Shown here piece after piece: positions 1 to 14,945 of a stretch of 64,000 bases of DNA. This stretch comes from Acidobacteriota bacterium (GTDB lineage: Bacteria > Acidobacteriota > UBA890 > WLXD01). The position numbers were made by a program, and so were the translations under genes. A model generated the notes under the pieces. It was not told the origin of the DNA, did not search any database, and worked only from the letters and a program-made list of their open reading frames with translations. Positions within the stretch are counted from its first letter, which is position 1. The number at the start of each line of letters is the position of its first letter. The DNA lies in contig CAXWPH010000011.1 of the NCBI GenBank assembly GCA_963666055.2, positions 192,001-256,000 of the forward strand. Reading direction: 5' to 3'.

Positions 1-386
1 CGCGGTGATGGTAAACCCCGGCTGGCGGGCGAGTCCGTGCGCGGTTTGGCGGAAGTCCGTTGCCCATCCGTTCCTCCAATCTCGCTCGTGCCCGGCTAAT
101 CTGATGACTCGGCGACGGTTGAGCTTCGGGACCTGGCGGGAATTTTCGACCGGGGCACCAGGGTCCGATTGTCCGTCCCGCTCCCAGCGTGCCCGAAGTC
201 GAGCGCGCAGCAAGCCGAAGACCAGCGACAGGCTCTCGCGGACGTACCAGAGCTCACCGGCAAGCTTGCCAACGCCGGGGCGGATGCGCTCCTCCATTCC
301 TCGTCGAGGTCGCCGACCACCATGTCGCGATCGCTGGCCGGCGAGGCGACCAGGACAAGCGCACGCATCAGCCAGCGAACGGACAT
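1..386 (-). pseudogene. ABC-type (ADOP-like) permease, N-terminal part; frameshifted near 291 and running off the window start
   Basis: The ORF starts MSVRWLMRALVLVASPASDRDMVVGDLDEEW (permease prefix). Adding one G at 291-292 continues it as RERIRPGVGKLAGELWYVRESLSL...ATDFRQTAHGLARQPGFTITA, the typical 'D.R.A.R.L.R.PGFT' start of ADOP permeases. Lies directly downstream of padR. Confidence 0.8.
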
Positions 387-389
387 GAC

Positions 390-716
390 TCAACCATCCG
401 ATAGCGCGGTATCGAGGCCTTCCCGCATCTGATCGACGGCGCGGGTGGAGGCTCGAATCGCGCCTAACCCGGAATCGGTGACCGAGAAATAGCGCTTGGC
501 GCGGCCGCCGCGTACCGGCGTCGGCTCGCCCATCGCGGAGGCCAGACAGCCGCGGCGTTGGAGCCTCGTGATGGTGCTGTAGATGGCTCCCCGGCTCAGC
601 GCCCGCCCGGTCCGATCCCGAATCTCGTCGCGGATCGAGACCCCATAGGCGCCCTCCCCCAGCCGCAGCGTGGCCAACAGCACCAGTGTCTCCAGCTCAC
701 CGAACGCAGTAGGCAT
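390..716 (-). CDS. PadR-family transcriptional regulator
   Basis: GELETLVLLA...YGVSI...GAIYSTITRL..RG...RGGRAKRYFSVT winged-helix motifs. Confidence 0.92.
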   Translation of the reverse strand: MPTAFGELETLVLLATLRLGEGAYGVSIRDEIRDRTGRALSRGAIYSTITRLQRRGCLASAMGEPTPVRGGRAKRYFSVTDSGLGAIRASTRAVDQMREGLDTALSDG

Positions 717-844
717 ATTGTGTTGTCTCGTCGGTTATTTAGTCGGTGTAGCAGACTATATTGGCGACGGGGCGCTTTGTCGAGATCCGGCAACGCCCGC
801 CCTGTCGCTGCAGCACCGCTGAGGATCAAAATCCTCGACTCTCC

Positions 845-885
845 TTGACACTCGACAAGAGCCCGGGTCACTCTTGTCGAGTGTC
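845..885. promoter_or_regulatory. 15-bp perfect inverted repeat overlapping a TTGACA -35 box; putative PadR operator
   Basis: GACACTCGACAAGAG (847-861), 9-nt spacer, CTCTTGTCGAGTGTC (871-885); TTGACA at 845-850; between divergent padR genes. Confidence 0.6.
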
Positions 886-969
886 TAGAGGAACGGGCGC
901 GAATGAGCGTCAAGGTGCTGGACGCGATGACCATCGATTTCCCGTAGACGAACTGCGCGAGAAGAGCCG

Positions 970-1302
970 ATGACCAAGGCCAACGTCGACCTGCTCCAGG
1001 GCACCCTGGACATGCTTATCCTCAAGACCCTGCAACTCGCCCCGCAACATGGTTGGGGCGTCTCGCAGCGTATCCAGCAGATGTCCAGGAACGTTCTGCA
1101 AGTCAACCAAGGCTCGCTCTATCCGGCCCTGCATCGACTGCAACGGCACGGCTACATCGGTGCGGAGTGGGGCACCTCGGAGAACAACCGCCGCGCCAAA
1201 TACTACCGACTCACCACCAAGGGAAAGGAGCAGCTGGCGGACGAAGCGCGTAACTGGGATCGGCTCTCGCGAGCGGTGAGCGCGATCCTACAAACGGTAT
1301 AG
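970..1302 (+). CDS. Acidobacterial PadR-family transcriptional regulator
   Basis: LLQGTLDMLILKTL...HGWG...QGSLYPALHRL...WGTSENNRRAKYYRLT signature; directly upstream of an ADOP permease. Confidence 0.95.
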   Translation: MTKANVDLLQGTLDMLILKTLQLAPQHGWGVSQRIQQMSRNVLQVNQGSLYPALHRLQRHGYIGAEWGTSENNRRAKYYRLTTKGKEQLADEARNWDRLSRAVSAILQTV

Positions 1303-1311
1303 AGGCTACGG

Positions 1312-3969
1312 ATGGGCAAGAGAGCTTGGGGAGGCCTGCTGGCGCGATTGCGCAGCGACGGGCGGCCGGCGGAAGATCGCGTGCTCGACGACGAGCTGTC
1401 GTTCCACCTCGAGATGGAAGCCGACAAGTACCGACACCAGGGCCTGGGCGACGAGGAAGCCAGGCGGAGGGCTCGCATGAGCTTCGGCGCCACGCAGCGC
1501 TTCAAGGAAGAGTGCCGCGACGAGCGCAAGGGGAACCACTTCGACATGCTGATACAAGATATCCGCTACGCCCTTCGGACGCTCGGCAAGAGCTGGGGAT
1601 TCACCGCCACGGCGGTGCTGACACTAGCGCTTGGCATCGGCGCCAACACCGCCATCTTCAGCATCATCTACGGGGTACTGCTTCGGCCTCTGCCCTACGA
1701 GCACGGCAACCGGCTGGTGTTGCTGCAGCAGTCCGCCCCCGGCGCACGTATCGCCAACGTCCAAGCCTCTATCCCGGAGCTCTACGACTACCGTGAGCAA
1801 GCCACCAGCTTCGAGGAGTTAGTCGAGTACCACACGATGTTCTTCGTGCTGCTCGGCAAGGATGAGCCGCAACGGATCCAGGCCGGGGTCGTGTCGGACA
1901 ATTTCTTCGACACGCTCGGGGTGGCCCCTTTGCTGGGACGGACGTTCGTGGAAGGTGAGGACGACCTCGACTCCGAGGCGGTGCTGGTTCTGAGCTACGA
2001 CTACTGGCGCAACGCCCACGGTGCAGATCCTGACGTCGTCGGGCAGGTATACGAGGTCAACACGCGTCCGCACACCGTAGTAGGCGTGCTACCGCCGATT
2101 CCTCAGTTCCCCAACGCAGTCGACGTGTACATGCCAACCTCTGCCTGCCCGTTCCGCGCCAACGCGGAGCGCAACATGGCGGGCAACCGCAACGCCTTCC
2201 GCAACCTGTTCGTCTTCGGCCGGCTGCAGGACGGTGCCACGGTTGACAGCGCCAGCGCCGAGATCGCCGGCGTGGCTTCGCGCTTCGAAGCGGACTTCCC
2301 CGACGCCTACCCGGCCAAGATGAACCTTACAGCGGGGGTCGTCGACCTCAAACAGGAGCTCACCCGGAACGCCCGGCCGGTGCTGTTCATGTTGCTGGCC
2401 ACCGCCGGGCTGGTGCTGCTGATCGCCTGCGCCAACGTAGCCAACCTGAGCTTGGCCCGCGTGATGCGTCGAGAACAGGAAGTAGCGGTGCGTGCGGCAC
2501 TCGGCGCCAGCCGCATTCGCCTGATGCGCCAGCTGTTCACCGAGAGCGCGGTCCTGGCGATAATCGGTGGCGCGGTTGGCTTGGTGTTTGCCTATGTCGG
2601 ACTCGATATGCTCGTCGAGTTCGCCGGGCGGTACACGCCGCGCGCCGCGACGGTAACCATCGACGGTTGGGTGCTGGCATTCACGTTGCTGATCTCGCTC
2701 GGCACCGGCATCGCCTTCGGCACCTTCCCGGCGTTCCCCGGCACGCGCGACCTCGGCGGCGCCATCAAGGACGGCGCCCGCTCCACCGCCGCCGGTGGGC
2801 TGCGGCTGCGCCGTGCGCTGATCGCCGCGCAGGTCGCCTTGGCGTTCATTCTGCTGATCGGTGCGGGCCTGACGCTGCGCAGCCTCCTGCGACTGCAAGC
2901 CATCGACCCGGGTTTCGACACCGAGCACGTGCTGACCGCACGGGTCTCATTGGACTTCACGGCGTTCAACGGCATGACGGAGATGCACGACTACCTGCAA
3001 GAACTGGTCGTTGCGATCGGTGACAGTCCCTTGGTGCGAACCGCGGCGCTGACGCAGAAGCCGCCGTACCGGCAGACGAATCCGAACCTGGCTGACTTCG
3101 TCATCGAAGGACGCGCCGTTGAGGAGACCCAGACGCGACCCCAGCTGGACCTCAACGTCGTCACGCACGAGTACTTCGAGGTCCTCGGGATTCCGTTGCT
3201 CAGCGGTCGCTTGCTGGATAGCCGCGACGAGCCCAACGCCGCCCCTGTCGCGGTAATCAACCAGACACTCGCCCGGCTGTACTGGCCCGAGGAGGAGCCG
3301 ATCGGTGCACGCGTCACCTTCGACGACGGCGACACCTGGATCACCATCGTAGGCGTGGCGGGCGATACACGACTCTATGGTCCGGAGACATCTGTCACGG
3401 CGGAGTTCTACCGTCCCTTCGGTCAGGCCGGCATGCCGACTTGGCTCATGATACGAACGGTGGGCGATCCGGCAAGCGCTGGCCAGAGCGTCAAGGACGC
3501 TGCCTATGCCCTCGGCGCCAACCCGATCAGCGACCTACAGCCGATGGCCGCGCTGCGTGCCGACGCAGTAGCATCGCCGCGACTGACCGCCTCCCTATTG
3601 GGTATCTTCGCCGTCCTGGCGCTCATCGTCACGGTAACCGGTATCGCCGGCGTCATGGCGTTCTCGATCACGCAGCGAACCCGCGAGCTGGGCCTACGGA
3701 TGGCACTAGGTGCGCAGCCTCAGCGCATTTTGGCGATGGTAGTTCGTCAGGGCATGGTGCAGGTGATCATCGGGCTAGCGGTCGGACTCGCCGGCGCGAT
3801 CGCCTTCGGTCGCGTCCTCAGAGGGCTGTTGTTCGAGGTTCAGCCGAGCGATCCGATTACCTTCACGGCCGCGCTGTTGGCGCTCGCCGCCGCCGCACTG
3901 ATCGCCATCGTGATACCGGCTCGCCGAGCGGTAGCGGTCGACCCGGCCATCGCCCTTCGGCAAGGCTGA
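1312..3969 (+). CDS. ADOP-family duplicated ABC permease (MacB/FtsX-like)
   Basis: LDDELSFHLEME prefix, QDIRYALRTL...TLALGIGANTAIFS, LLIACANVANL, REVAVRAALGA, RTRELGLRMALGA, PARRAVAVDP. Confidence 0.95.
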   Translation: MGKRAWGGLLARLRSDGRPAEDRVLDDELSFHLEMEADKYRHQGLGDEEARRRARMSFGATQRFKEECRDERKGNHFDMLIQDIRYALRTLGKSWGFTATAVLTLALGIGANTAIFSIIYGVLLRPLPYEHGNRLVLLQQSAPGARIANVQASIPELYDYREQATSFEELVEYHTMFFVLLGKDEPQRIQAGVVSDNFFDTLGVAPLLGRTFVEGEDDLDSEAVLVLSYDYWRNAHGADPDVVGQVYEVNTRPHTVVGVLPPIPQFPNAVDVYMPTSACPFRANAERNMAGNRNAFRNLFVFGRLQDGATVDSASAEIAGVASRFEADFPDAYPAKMNLTAGVVDLKQELTRNARPVLFMLLATAGLVLLIACANVANLSLARVMRREQEVAVRAALGASRIRLMRQLFTESAVLAIIGGAVGLVFAYVGLDMLVEFAGRYTPRAATVTIDGWVLAFTLLISLGTGIAFGTFPAFPGTRDLGGAIKDGARSTAAGGLRLRRALIAAQVALAFILLIGAGLTLRSLLRLQAIDPGFDTEHVLTARVSLDFTAFNGMTEMHDYLQELVVAIGDSPLVRTAALTQKPPYRQTNPNLADFVIEGRAVEETQTRPQLDLNVVTHEYFEVLGIPLLSGRLLDSRDEPNAAPVAVINQTLARLYWPEEEPIGARVTFDDGDTWITIVGVAGDTRLYGPETSVTAEFYRPFGQAGMPTWLMIRTVGDPASAGQSVKDAAYALGANPISDLQPMAALRADAVASPRLTASLLGIFAVLALIVTVTGIAGVMAFSITQRTRELGLRMALGAQPQRILAMVVRQGMVQVIIGLAVGLAGAIAFGRVLRGLLFEVQPSDPITFTAALLALAAAALIAIVIPARRAVAVDPAIALRQG

Positions 3970-4667
3970 TGGATGTTCCGCGGCGGCGGTCCCCGGGTCG
4001 GGGACGCGCCGTCGTTGTCGGTCTTCTGGCCGTCGCGGTCATCGCCGGGTACGGACCGCTCAAGCGAGCCGGCGTCGACCTCTTAGAACTGGCGGGGCGC
4101 ACCGGAGCCGCCTGGCTACAGGCAACGCCGGAGCCGTCGAGCGGCCAGACGACGCTCGCCGCCGCGCCCTTCACGCTCGCTTTCAGTGTCGGTGGGAACT
4201 TGAAGTTTCCAGACACGTACCGGGAGTGGGTGTTCGTGGGCTCTGCCACCGGCCTGGCCTATGGCGAGCCCTCGGCAACACGTCGGCGCGGTGATCGTCA
4301 CGGCCAGGATCACCCTGGCATGTTTACCCAGGTTTACCTCGAGCCTGGCGCGTACCATCACTTCCGACAAACGGGGCAGTTCAAGGAAGGCACCGCCTTC
4401 GCCCTCGAGATGCGCCAGCCGACGACCGGCGTCTCGATAGCCCGCGACGGCTGGTTCGCCGGAGACCTTCAGGGCATCCACGCCGCCATCAAGGACACCG
4501 AGCGTTTCGGGGGTTGGGCCTACTTCAACGTCGACACGTCCGGCGTCGCCCGTCGCGTACGTACCCCAGCCTGCGGCGCGTGCCACGCGGAACACGGCGC
4601 GCTCGACAACGTCTTCGTGCAGTTCTACCCACCGCTGACCGAGGCGGCGAGCTCAAGCGGCCACTGA
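3969..4667 (+). CDS. Cytochrome P460/c'-beta family heme-c protein
   Basis: ATG overlaps the permease TGA; N-terminal hydrophobic segment; [26 protein letters not shown]-terminal CGACH followed by DNVFVQFYP. Confidence 0.85.
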   Translation: MDVPRRRSPGRGRAVVVGLLAVAVIAGYGPLKRAGVDLLELAGRTGAAWLQATPEPSSGQTTLAAAPFTLAFSVGGNLKFPDTYREWVFVGSATGLAYGEPSATRRRGDRHGQDHPGMFTQVYLEPGAYHHFRQTGQFKEGTAFALEMRQPTTGVSIARDGWFAGDLQGIHAAIKDTERFGGWAYFNVDTSGVARRVRTPACGACHAEHGALDNVFVQFYPPLTEAASSSGH

Positions 4668-4777
4668 GCTCGTTTTACCACCCTGCACGAGCCTGCTACG
4701 ATGATCATCGGCGCACGGCTCGGTACCGCCCGCCTCCGAGAGCCGCTCGGCGCCCCTTCCGCTTCCGCTTGCCCACG

Positions 4778-9855
<5,078 letters not shown>

Positions 9856-9858
<3 letters not shown>

Positions 9859-9919
9859 CAGGCCGAAATCTGCGAGCTTATGCGGCTCGCAACACCTCCA
9901 CCTCGGCCTGCACAGCTAG
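9856..9919. repeat. Decayed short copy of the CTAG-flanked palindromic element (variant type)
   Basis: TAGCAGGCCGA (9856-9866) and CCACCTCGGCCTGC (9898-9911) match the ends of the 24308 copy; internal hairpin TGCGAGC/GCTCGCA; between convergent genes. Confidence 0.55.
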
Positions 9920-10365
9920 GCGCCGGAGACGGCTTCGTCGACGCCGATGATGCGCACGTCGGAGCGGTCCGGGTGATGATCAACCTCGACGATGATCGAC
10001 GATCCCAGATCCCATCCGGCCTCCTCGAGACGCTCGGCCCACTCGATCACCACCACGCACCCCCGACCGTAGAGGTCCTCTAGGCCCAGGTCTGGGAGGT
10101 CGGCTGTGCTCAGCCGGTATAGATCGACATGGTAGAGCGTTCGCCGCCCGGTGTACTCGTTGATGAGCGCATACGACGGGCTCGACACCTGGCCGGGATC
10201 GAGCCCTAGCCCGGCCGCGATGCCGCGCACCAGCTGCGTCTTACCGGCGCCAAGCGGGCCAAAGATCAGGATCACCTCGCCACCGCGGAGCCGGCGACCG
10301 AGGCCGGCACCGACATGCTCGGTCTCCTCGGCGCTATGGGTCACGTAGTCGCGTGTGCGGCTCAA
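9916..10365 (-). CDS. tsaE: tRNA threonylcarbamoyladenosine biosynthesis ATPase TsaE
   Basis: GPLGAGKT, VSSPSY, YHVDLYRL, IEWAE. Confidence 0.95.
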   Translation of the reverse strand: MSRTRDYVTHSAEETEHVGAGLGRRLRGGEVILIFGPLGAGKTQLVRGIAAGLGLDPGQVSSPSYALINEYTGRRTLYHVDLYRLSTADLPDLGLEDLYGRGCVVVIEWAERLEEAGWDLGSSIIVEVDHHPDRSDVRIIGVDEAVSGA

Positions 10366-11927
10366 GGCTCCGCCCCCTCGGCGACGCGCCGGAAAGCGCC
10401 AGGGATCTCGTCGACGAGATCCGAAGCCAGGCAGCCCGTCTGCCCGAGGCGTTGTGCTGCGAGATCGCCCGCCAGCCCGTGCAGCCAGGCCCCGGTCCAG
10501 GCGGCCGCCCCCGGGCGCAACCCCTGCGCGATGAGAGCGGCGATCAGGCCAGTCAACACATCGCCCGTTCCGCCGGTAGCCATCCCCGGATTGCCGCTCA
10601 GGTTGACGACCGGCGCCTGCTCCGGCTCAACGGTGAGAGAGCAGTGCCCTTTCAACAACACTACCGCCCCGGACGTCTCGGTAAGCTCCCGTACGGCGCC
10701 GACTCGATCCGACTGTACGGCGGCGACCTCGACACCCAGCAGCCGCGCTGCCTCGCCAGGATGCGGAGTGAGCACACGCGGCCCGGCCGCTTCTGTCAAC
10801 TCTTCGAGGACACCGACGAGCGCGTTGAGGCCATCGGCGTCGATCACCATGGGGCGGGCACACTCCGTCGCCAGCTGCCGTACCAACGCGACCGTTTCGG
10901 TAGCGGTGCCGATGCCCGGCCCGATCGCCACGGCGTCAGCTGCCTCGGCACGCTCGAGCGCCGCCAGCACGGCGTCTGCACCGAGGCCACCGCTGGCTCC
11001 GGCCGGGGCGACGTGCACAAGCGCCTCCGTAAGCTGGCAGGCAATAGGTAAATAGGCGGTCTCGGGGCACAGCACGTGCACCAGACCTCCCCCACCCCGC
11101 AGCGCACCGCGCGCCGCCAGCACCGCGGCGCCGGCGGTACCCGGAGCCCCACCGATGACAAGTACGCGGCCATAATCCCCCTTGTGGCTGTCGGACCAGC
11201 GGGGCGGCAATCCCGCCGCACAGTCCTCCCGAGTCGGTCGCCACAGTGCGGCCGGCGCCGCTTCGATGACCGCAGTGGGGAGGCCGATGTCCACGACCAC
11301 CACCTCGCCACACGTCTCGCTCGCCGGTGCCAAGAGGTGGCAGACCTTCGGTGCGCCCAGAGCAACCGTCAAGGCCGCCTCCACGACAGCGCCCTGAATA
11401 GCGCCCGTATCGGCCGACAGCCCGCTCGGCAGATCCACCGCAACAACCGGAACATCCGATGCGTTGATGCTCTCGATAGCGGCCGCGATGGCGCCCCGAG
11501 GCGCGCTTTCGAGCCCCGTTCCCAGCAGCGCATCGACGATGCAGTCGAACTCCGCCAGGTCGTCCGCCAACGGACCCCATGCCTCCTCGTTGTGTACTTC
11601 TACCACCGGCACGCCGAGGGTCACCGCAATTCGATGGTTGGTGGCGGCGCCATCACGCAGCACCGATCCCTCTCCGAACAGGTACGCCACCACCTCGCCG
11701 CCCATGTTGTGGAGGTGGCGCGCCACCACGAAGCCGTCGCCACCGTTGTTGCCGCGCCCGCACAAGAGCGCGATGCTCGCCGGAGGCTGTTCGCCGAAGT
11801 GGCTCGTCAGTGCCTCGACCACCTGCAACCCGGCGTTCTCCATCAGCACCTCACCTGCGATGCCGTAATCGTCGATCGCAGCGCGATCGCACGCTTGCAT
11901 GGTGGCCCGGTCCAGAACCTTGATCAT
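10362..11927 (-). CDS. nnr: Bifunctional NAD(P)HX epimerase/dehydratase (YjeF)
   Basis: LMENAG, GRGNNGGDG, DLPSG, HKGDYG, DADGLN, TPHPGEAARL, GGTGDVL. Confidence 0.95.
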   Translation of the reverse strand: MIKVLDRATMQACDRAAIDDYGIAGEVLMENAGLQVVEALTSHFGEQPPASIALLCGRGNNGGDGFVVARHLHNMGGEVVAYLFGEGSVLRDGAATNHRIAVTLGVPVVEVHNEEAWGPLADDLAEFDCIVDALLGTGLESAPRGAIAAAIESINASDVPVVAVDLPSGLSADTGAIQGAVVEAALTVALGAPKVCHLLAPASETCGEVVVVDIGLPTAVIEAAPAALWRPTREDCAAGLPPRWSDSHKGDYGRVLVIGGAPGTAGAAVLAARGALRGGGGLVHVLCPETAYLPIACQLTEALVHVAPAGASGGLGADAVLAALERAEAADAVAIGPGIGTATETVALVRQLATECARPMVIDADGLNALVGVLEELTEAAGPRVLTPHPGEAARLLGVEVAAVQSDRVGAVRELTETSGAVVLLKGHCSLTVEPEQAPVVNLSGNPGMATGGTGDVLTGLIAALIAQGLRPGAAAWTGAWLHGLAGDLAAQRLGQTGCLASDLVDEIPGAFRRVAEGAEP

Positions 11928-12125
11928 GACAATGGCACGCGAGTGGCTGGTTTGATGCAGGATGCGCGAGGTAGAGAATCACCCGTATGCCCAAGTATCT
12001 CAGGGCGCGGCTGTTCTTGTCGGTACAGGGAAGGGCGGAAGGAGCGCCGGGGCGCCGTAAGAGTGCTTCACCGCATAAACTCGTTCGCGTACATAAGAGC
12101 TAACTCTCGAACCCAGGGGTCAATC

Positions 12126-13394
12126 GTGTCGCTGCGCTGCCTGCGCTTTCTCAGCGCCGGAGAGTCTCACGGACCGATGCTGGTCGGCCTGCTCGAAGGC
12201 CTGCCCGCCGGGATTCCCATCGATGTCGACGCCATCAACGCCGATCTGCGCCGCCGCATGGGTGGTCATGGCCGCGGCAAACGTATGAAGATCGAGGCCG
12301 ACGCCGTGCGCCTAGTGGGCGGTGTGCGCCTCGGTGAGACGCTGGGCAGCCCGATCGCCTGGCTGATCGAGAATCGCGACTGGGTCAACTGGCAGGAGGT
12401 GATGGCGGTGGAAGCTCCTGCCGGGGGCGGCACTTCGTCGGATGGCGATGGCGCCGTCGTCGGATCGCACGCTGTGGCCGAGAGCGGAAACCGACCGTCG
12501 GCGGTAGATATCCGCCGCATCACGAGGCCGCGGCCGGGGCATGCTGACCTGGCCGGCGGGCTGAAGTACGACCGCGACGATCTGCGTGATGTGCTGGAGC
12601 GCGCCAGCGCCCGCGAGACCGCTGTGCGGGTGGCAGCAGGCGCGTTGTGCAAACAGTTTCTAGGCCATCTCGGCATCGAGGTCACGAGCCACGTGACGCG
12701 CATTGGCGCCGCCGCGTTCGAGGCTGGCGCCCCACCGACGCCGGTGGCAACTGTCCGCCAGCGCGCCGATGCGTCGCCGGTGCGATGCGTTGACCCCGAC
12801 GTCGAGGCCGCAATGATCGCCGCCATCGACCACGCCCACGATGAGCTCGAGACCCTCGGTGGCGCGTTCGAGGTCATTGGGACGGGGTTGCCACCCGGTC
12901 TGGGGAGTCACATCCAGTGGGACCGCCGACTGGAGGCTCGGCTCGGCCAGGCGTTGCTATCGATCCAAGCACAGAAGGCGGTGGAGATCGGGCCGGCGAT
13001 CTGGTGCGCCTCACAGCCCGGCTCGATGGCGCACGACGCGATCATCAGCGAACCGGACAACCGCTGGGGCCGTCCGACCAACCGCGCCGGCGGCACCGAG
13101 GGCGGTATCACGTACGGTGGTGAGCTGCGCGTGACTGTCTACATGAAACCACTATCGACGCTTCGACAGCCGCTGCCCTCCGTCGATATCGTCAGCGGCG
13201 AAGCGGTCGATGCTGTGGTGCAGAGGACCGACACCTGCGCCGTGCCCGCCGCCGCGGTCGTAGGCGAGGCGATGACCGCGCTGGTATTGGCCGACGCGTG
13301 CATCGAGAAGTTCGGCGGTGACAGCCTGCGGGAGACGCTGCGCAACTTCCGCGGCTACATGAAGCAGGTGGCCGACTTTCCGTCAGTCGACTAG
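12126..13394 (+). CDS. aroC: Chorismate synthase
   Basis: LRFLSAGESHG, RPRPGHADL, ERASARET, NRAGGTEGG, MKPLSTL; start approximate; stop TAG lies in the CTAG of the repeat element. Confidence 0.96.
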   Translation: MSLRCLRFLSAGESHGPMLVGLLEGLPAGIPIDVDAINADLRRRMGGHGRGKRMKIEADAVRLVGGVRLGETLGSPIAWLIENRDWVNWQEVMAVEAPAGGGTSSDGDGAVVGSHAVAESGNRPSAVDIRRITRPRPGHADLAGGLKYDRDDLRDVLERASARETAVRVAAGALCKQFLGHLGIEVTSHVTRIGAAAFEAGAPPTPVATVRQRADASPVRCVDPDVEAAMIAAIDHAHDELETLGGAFEVIGTGLPPGLGSHIQWDRRLEARLGQALLSIQAQKAVEIGPAIWCASQPGSMAHDAIISEPDNRWGRPTNRAGGTEGGITYGGELRVTVYMKPLSTLRQPLPSVDIVSGEAVDAVVQRTDTCAVPAAAVVGEAMTALVLADACIEKFGGDSLRETLRNFRGYMKQVADFPSVD

Positions 13395-13669
13395 CAGGCC
13401 GTGGTGAAAGTGTGGTGGGTCTGGTTACGGCGAGTTGGGGCCAGATGCAAGGCGGCCTGGCGCAGGCGATGCCCTAGCCATCGTCCAGGAAGGGCAACAC
13501 CGCAAATGGCCCCAAATCGCCGTAACCCTTCGGGCGACAGGGGGTTGCGCGCGTAGGCTGCGTCGTTCCTCGTCAACGATGCGGTAACCATCGCCTCCTC
13601 CTCTCTCCTTGCCTTCACTTCGCAAGACCCTGTCGCCAGACCCACCACACTTTCACCACGGCCTGCTAG
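13391..13669. mobile_element. MITE-like element, full-length copy (279 bp)
   Basis: 34-bp perfect terminal inverted repeat CTAGCAGGCCGTGGTGAAAGTGTGGTGGGTCTGG; near-identical copy in inverted orientation at 28727; no credible ORF. Confidence 0.88.
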
Positions 13670-13799
13670 TGCTCCTGCGTCGGTCCCGTTGACCGGCGAC
13701 AACCGCGAGCCTACGGTGTCTGTGCGCCGATGCACGGCGCCCAACTCACCAACCTGGCGGCCGACGGCTCGAGCCGAGCCCGCAGGGAAAAGATCGAGG

Positions 13800-14912
13800 A
13801 TGGGCCGCATGCATGCCTCTCGCGCTCTGGTAGTGATAGCGATGGCCGGGACGGGCGTCGGAGTAGCGGCTCAGGACAGGGCGATCGAGTTTCCCGATGT
13901 CTCCGGCTACCACACGCTGATCGTCGACCCGCACACGCACTCGGTCTTTTCCGACGGCCTGGTGTGGCCCTCCATCCGCATCGACGAGTCGGAGCTGGAC
14001 GGGCTCGATCTGGTGGCGGTGACCGAGCACCTCGAGTACCAACCGCACTCGGAGGACATTCCCCATCCCGATCGCAACCGCTCGTTTGTGCTGGCCACCG
14101 ATCACGCCGAGCGCGTCGGGTCGGAGCTCATCATCGTCAACGGTGCCGAAATTACCCGCCAACCGCCCCTCGGGCATGTGAACGCCGTCTTCCTGAACGA
14201 CGCGAACGCCCTCCGGGCCGACGACCCGATGAGCGTCTTCCGCGAAGCCAACCGTCAAGGCGCTTTCCTGTTCTGGAACCACCCGTGGTCATACGGGACC
14301 GACGGCGTCGCCGCGCTTACTGACATGCACCGATCGCTGATTGCCGACGGCCTGTTGCATGGCATCGAGGTGGCCAACGGGAACAACTACTCGTCCGACG
14401 CGCTTCAGATCGCGCTCGATCACGACCTCACGATTCTTGGTGTCTCCGACATCCACGGGTTGATCGACTGGGCCTACGACATCCACGGCGGCGGGCACCG
14501 CACCGTCACGCTTGTGTTCGCATCCAGCCGCACCGCCGAGTCGATCCGCGAGGCGCTGCAGGCGCGACGAACCGTTGCCTGGATGAACAACACGCTGATT
14601 GGGCGCGACGAGGTCCTGATGCCACTGATCGAAGCGTCGCTGACGGTAACGGAAGTCGTCAAGAGACGCCAACGTGACATCGTCGACGTGACGCTATCCA
14701 ATGCGTCGGACGCGACCTTCGAGCTGGCGAACCGCGGCGGCCATCGTTTCCAAGACCAAGCGTCGCTGATCCGGGTACCGGCGCACGGCGAGGTCACGCT
14801 TGTCGTTGCCGGCGAGCCCCGTTCGGCTTTCGATCTCGAGCTCCAGGTGATGAACGCCATCACCGCACCCGGCGCGCATCCGATGCTGCGCCTCGATGTA
14901 CAGGTACGCTAG
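13800..14912 (+). CDS. Secreted PHP-domain phosphoesterase
   Basis: Signal peptide; DPHTHSVFSDG, VTEH, GAEIT, GHVNA, WNHP, GIEVANG, SDIHG. Confidence 0.85.
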   Translation: MGRMHASRALVVIAMAGTGVGVAAQDRAIEFPDVSGYHTLIVDPHTHSVFSDGLVWPSIRIDESELDGLDLVAVTEHLEYQPHSEDIPHPDRNRSFVLATDHAERVGSELIIVNGAEITRQPPLGHVNAVFLNDANALRADDPMSVFREANRQGAFLFWNHPWSYGTDGVAALTDMHRSLIADGLLHGIEVANGNNYSSDALQIALDHDLTILGVSDIHGLIDWAYDIHGGGHRTVTLVFASSRTAESIREALQARRTVAWMNNTLIGRDEVLMPLIEASLTVTEVVKRRQRDIVDVTLSNASDATFELANRGGHRFQDQASLIRVPAHGEVTLVVAGEPRSAFDLELQVMNAITAPGAHPMLRLDVQVR

Positions 14913-14945
14913 CAGGCCTGTCACACTTTCACCACGGCCTGCTAG
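14909..14945. mobile_element. Minimal 37-bp copy of the MITE-like element (ends only)
   Basis: CTAGCAGGCC-TGT-CACACTTTCACCACGGCCTGCTAG fills the space between two convergent stop codons. Confidence 0.8.

Noticed and set aside
11076-12125. Long N-terminal extension on the aroC ORF (772 aa), and similar extensions on secA, the cytochrome, ptsI and dnaK
   Set aside because: These are open-frame run-ons overlapping neighbouring genes in a GC-rich genome; family motifs begin later.
13391-13810. Similar short ORFs at 13391-13810, 13425-13625, 28604-29044, 28771-28971 and 41966 onwards
   Set aside because: They are translations of the repeated MITE-like element, broken at different places in different copies, not a gene family.
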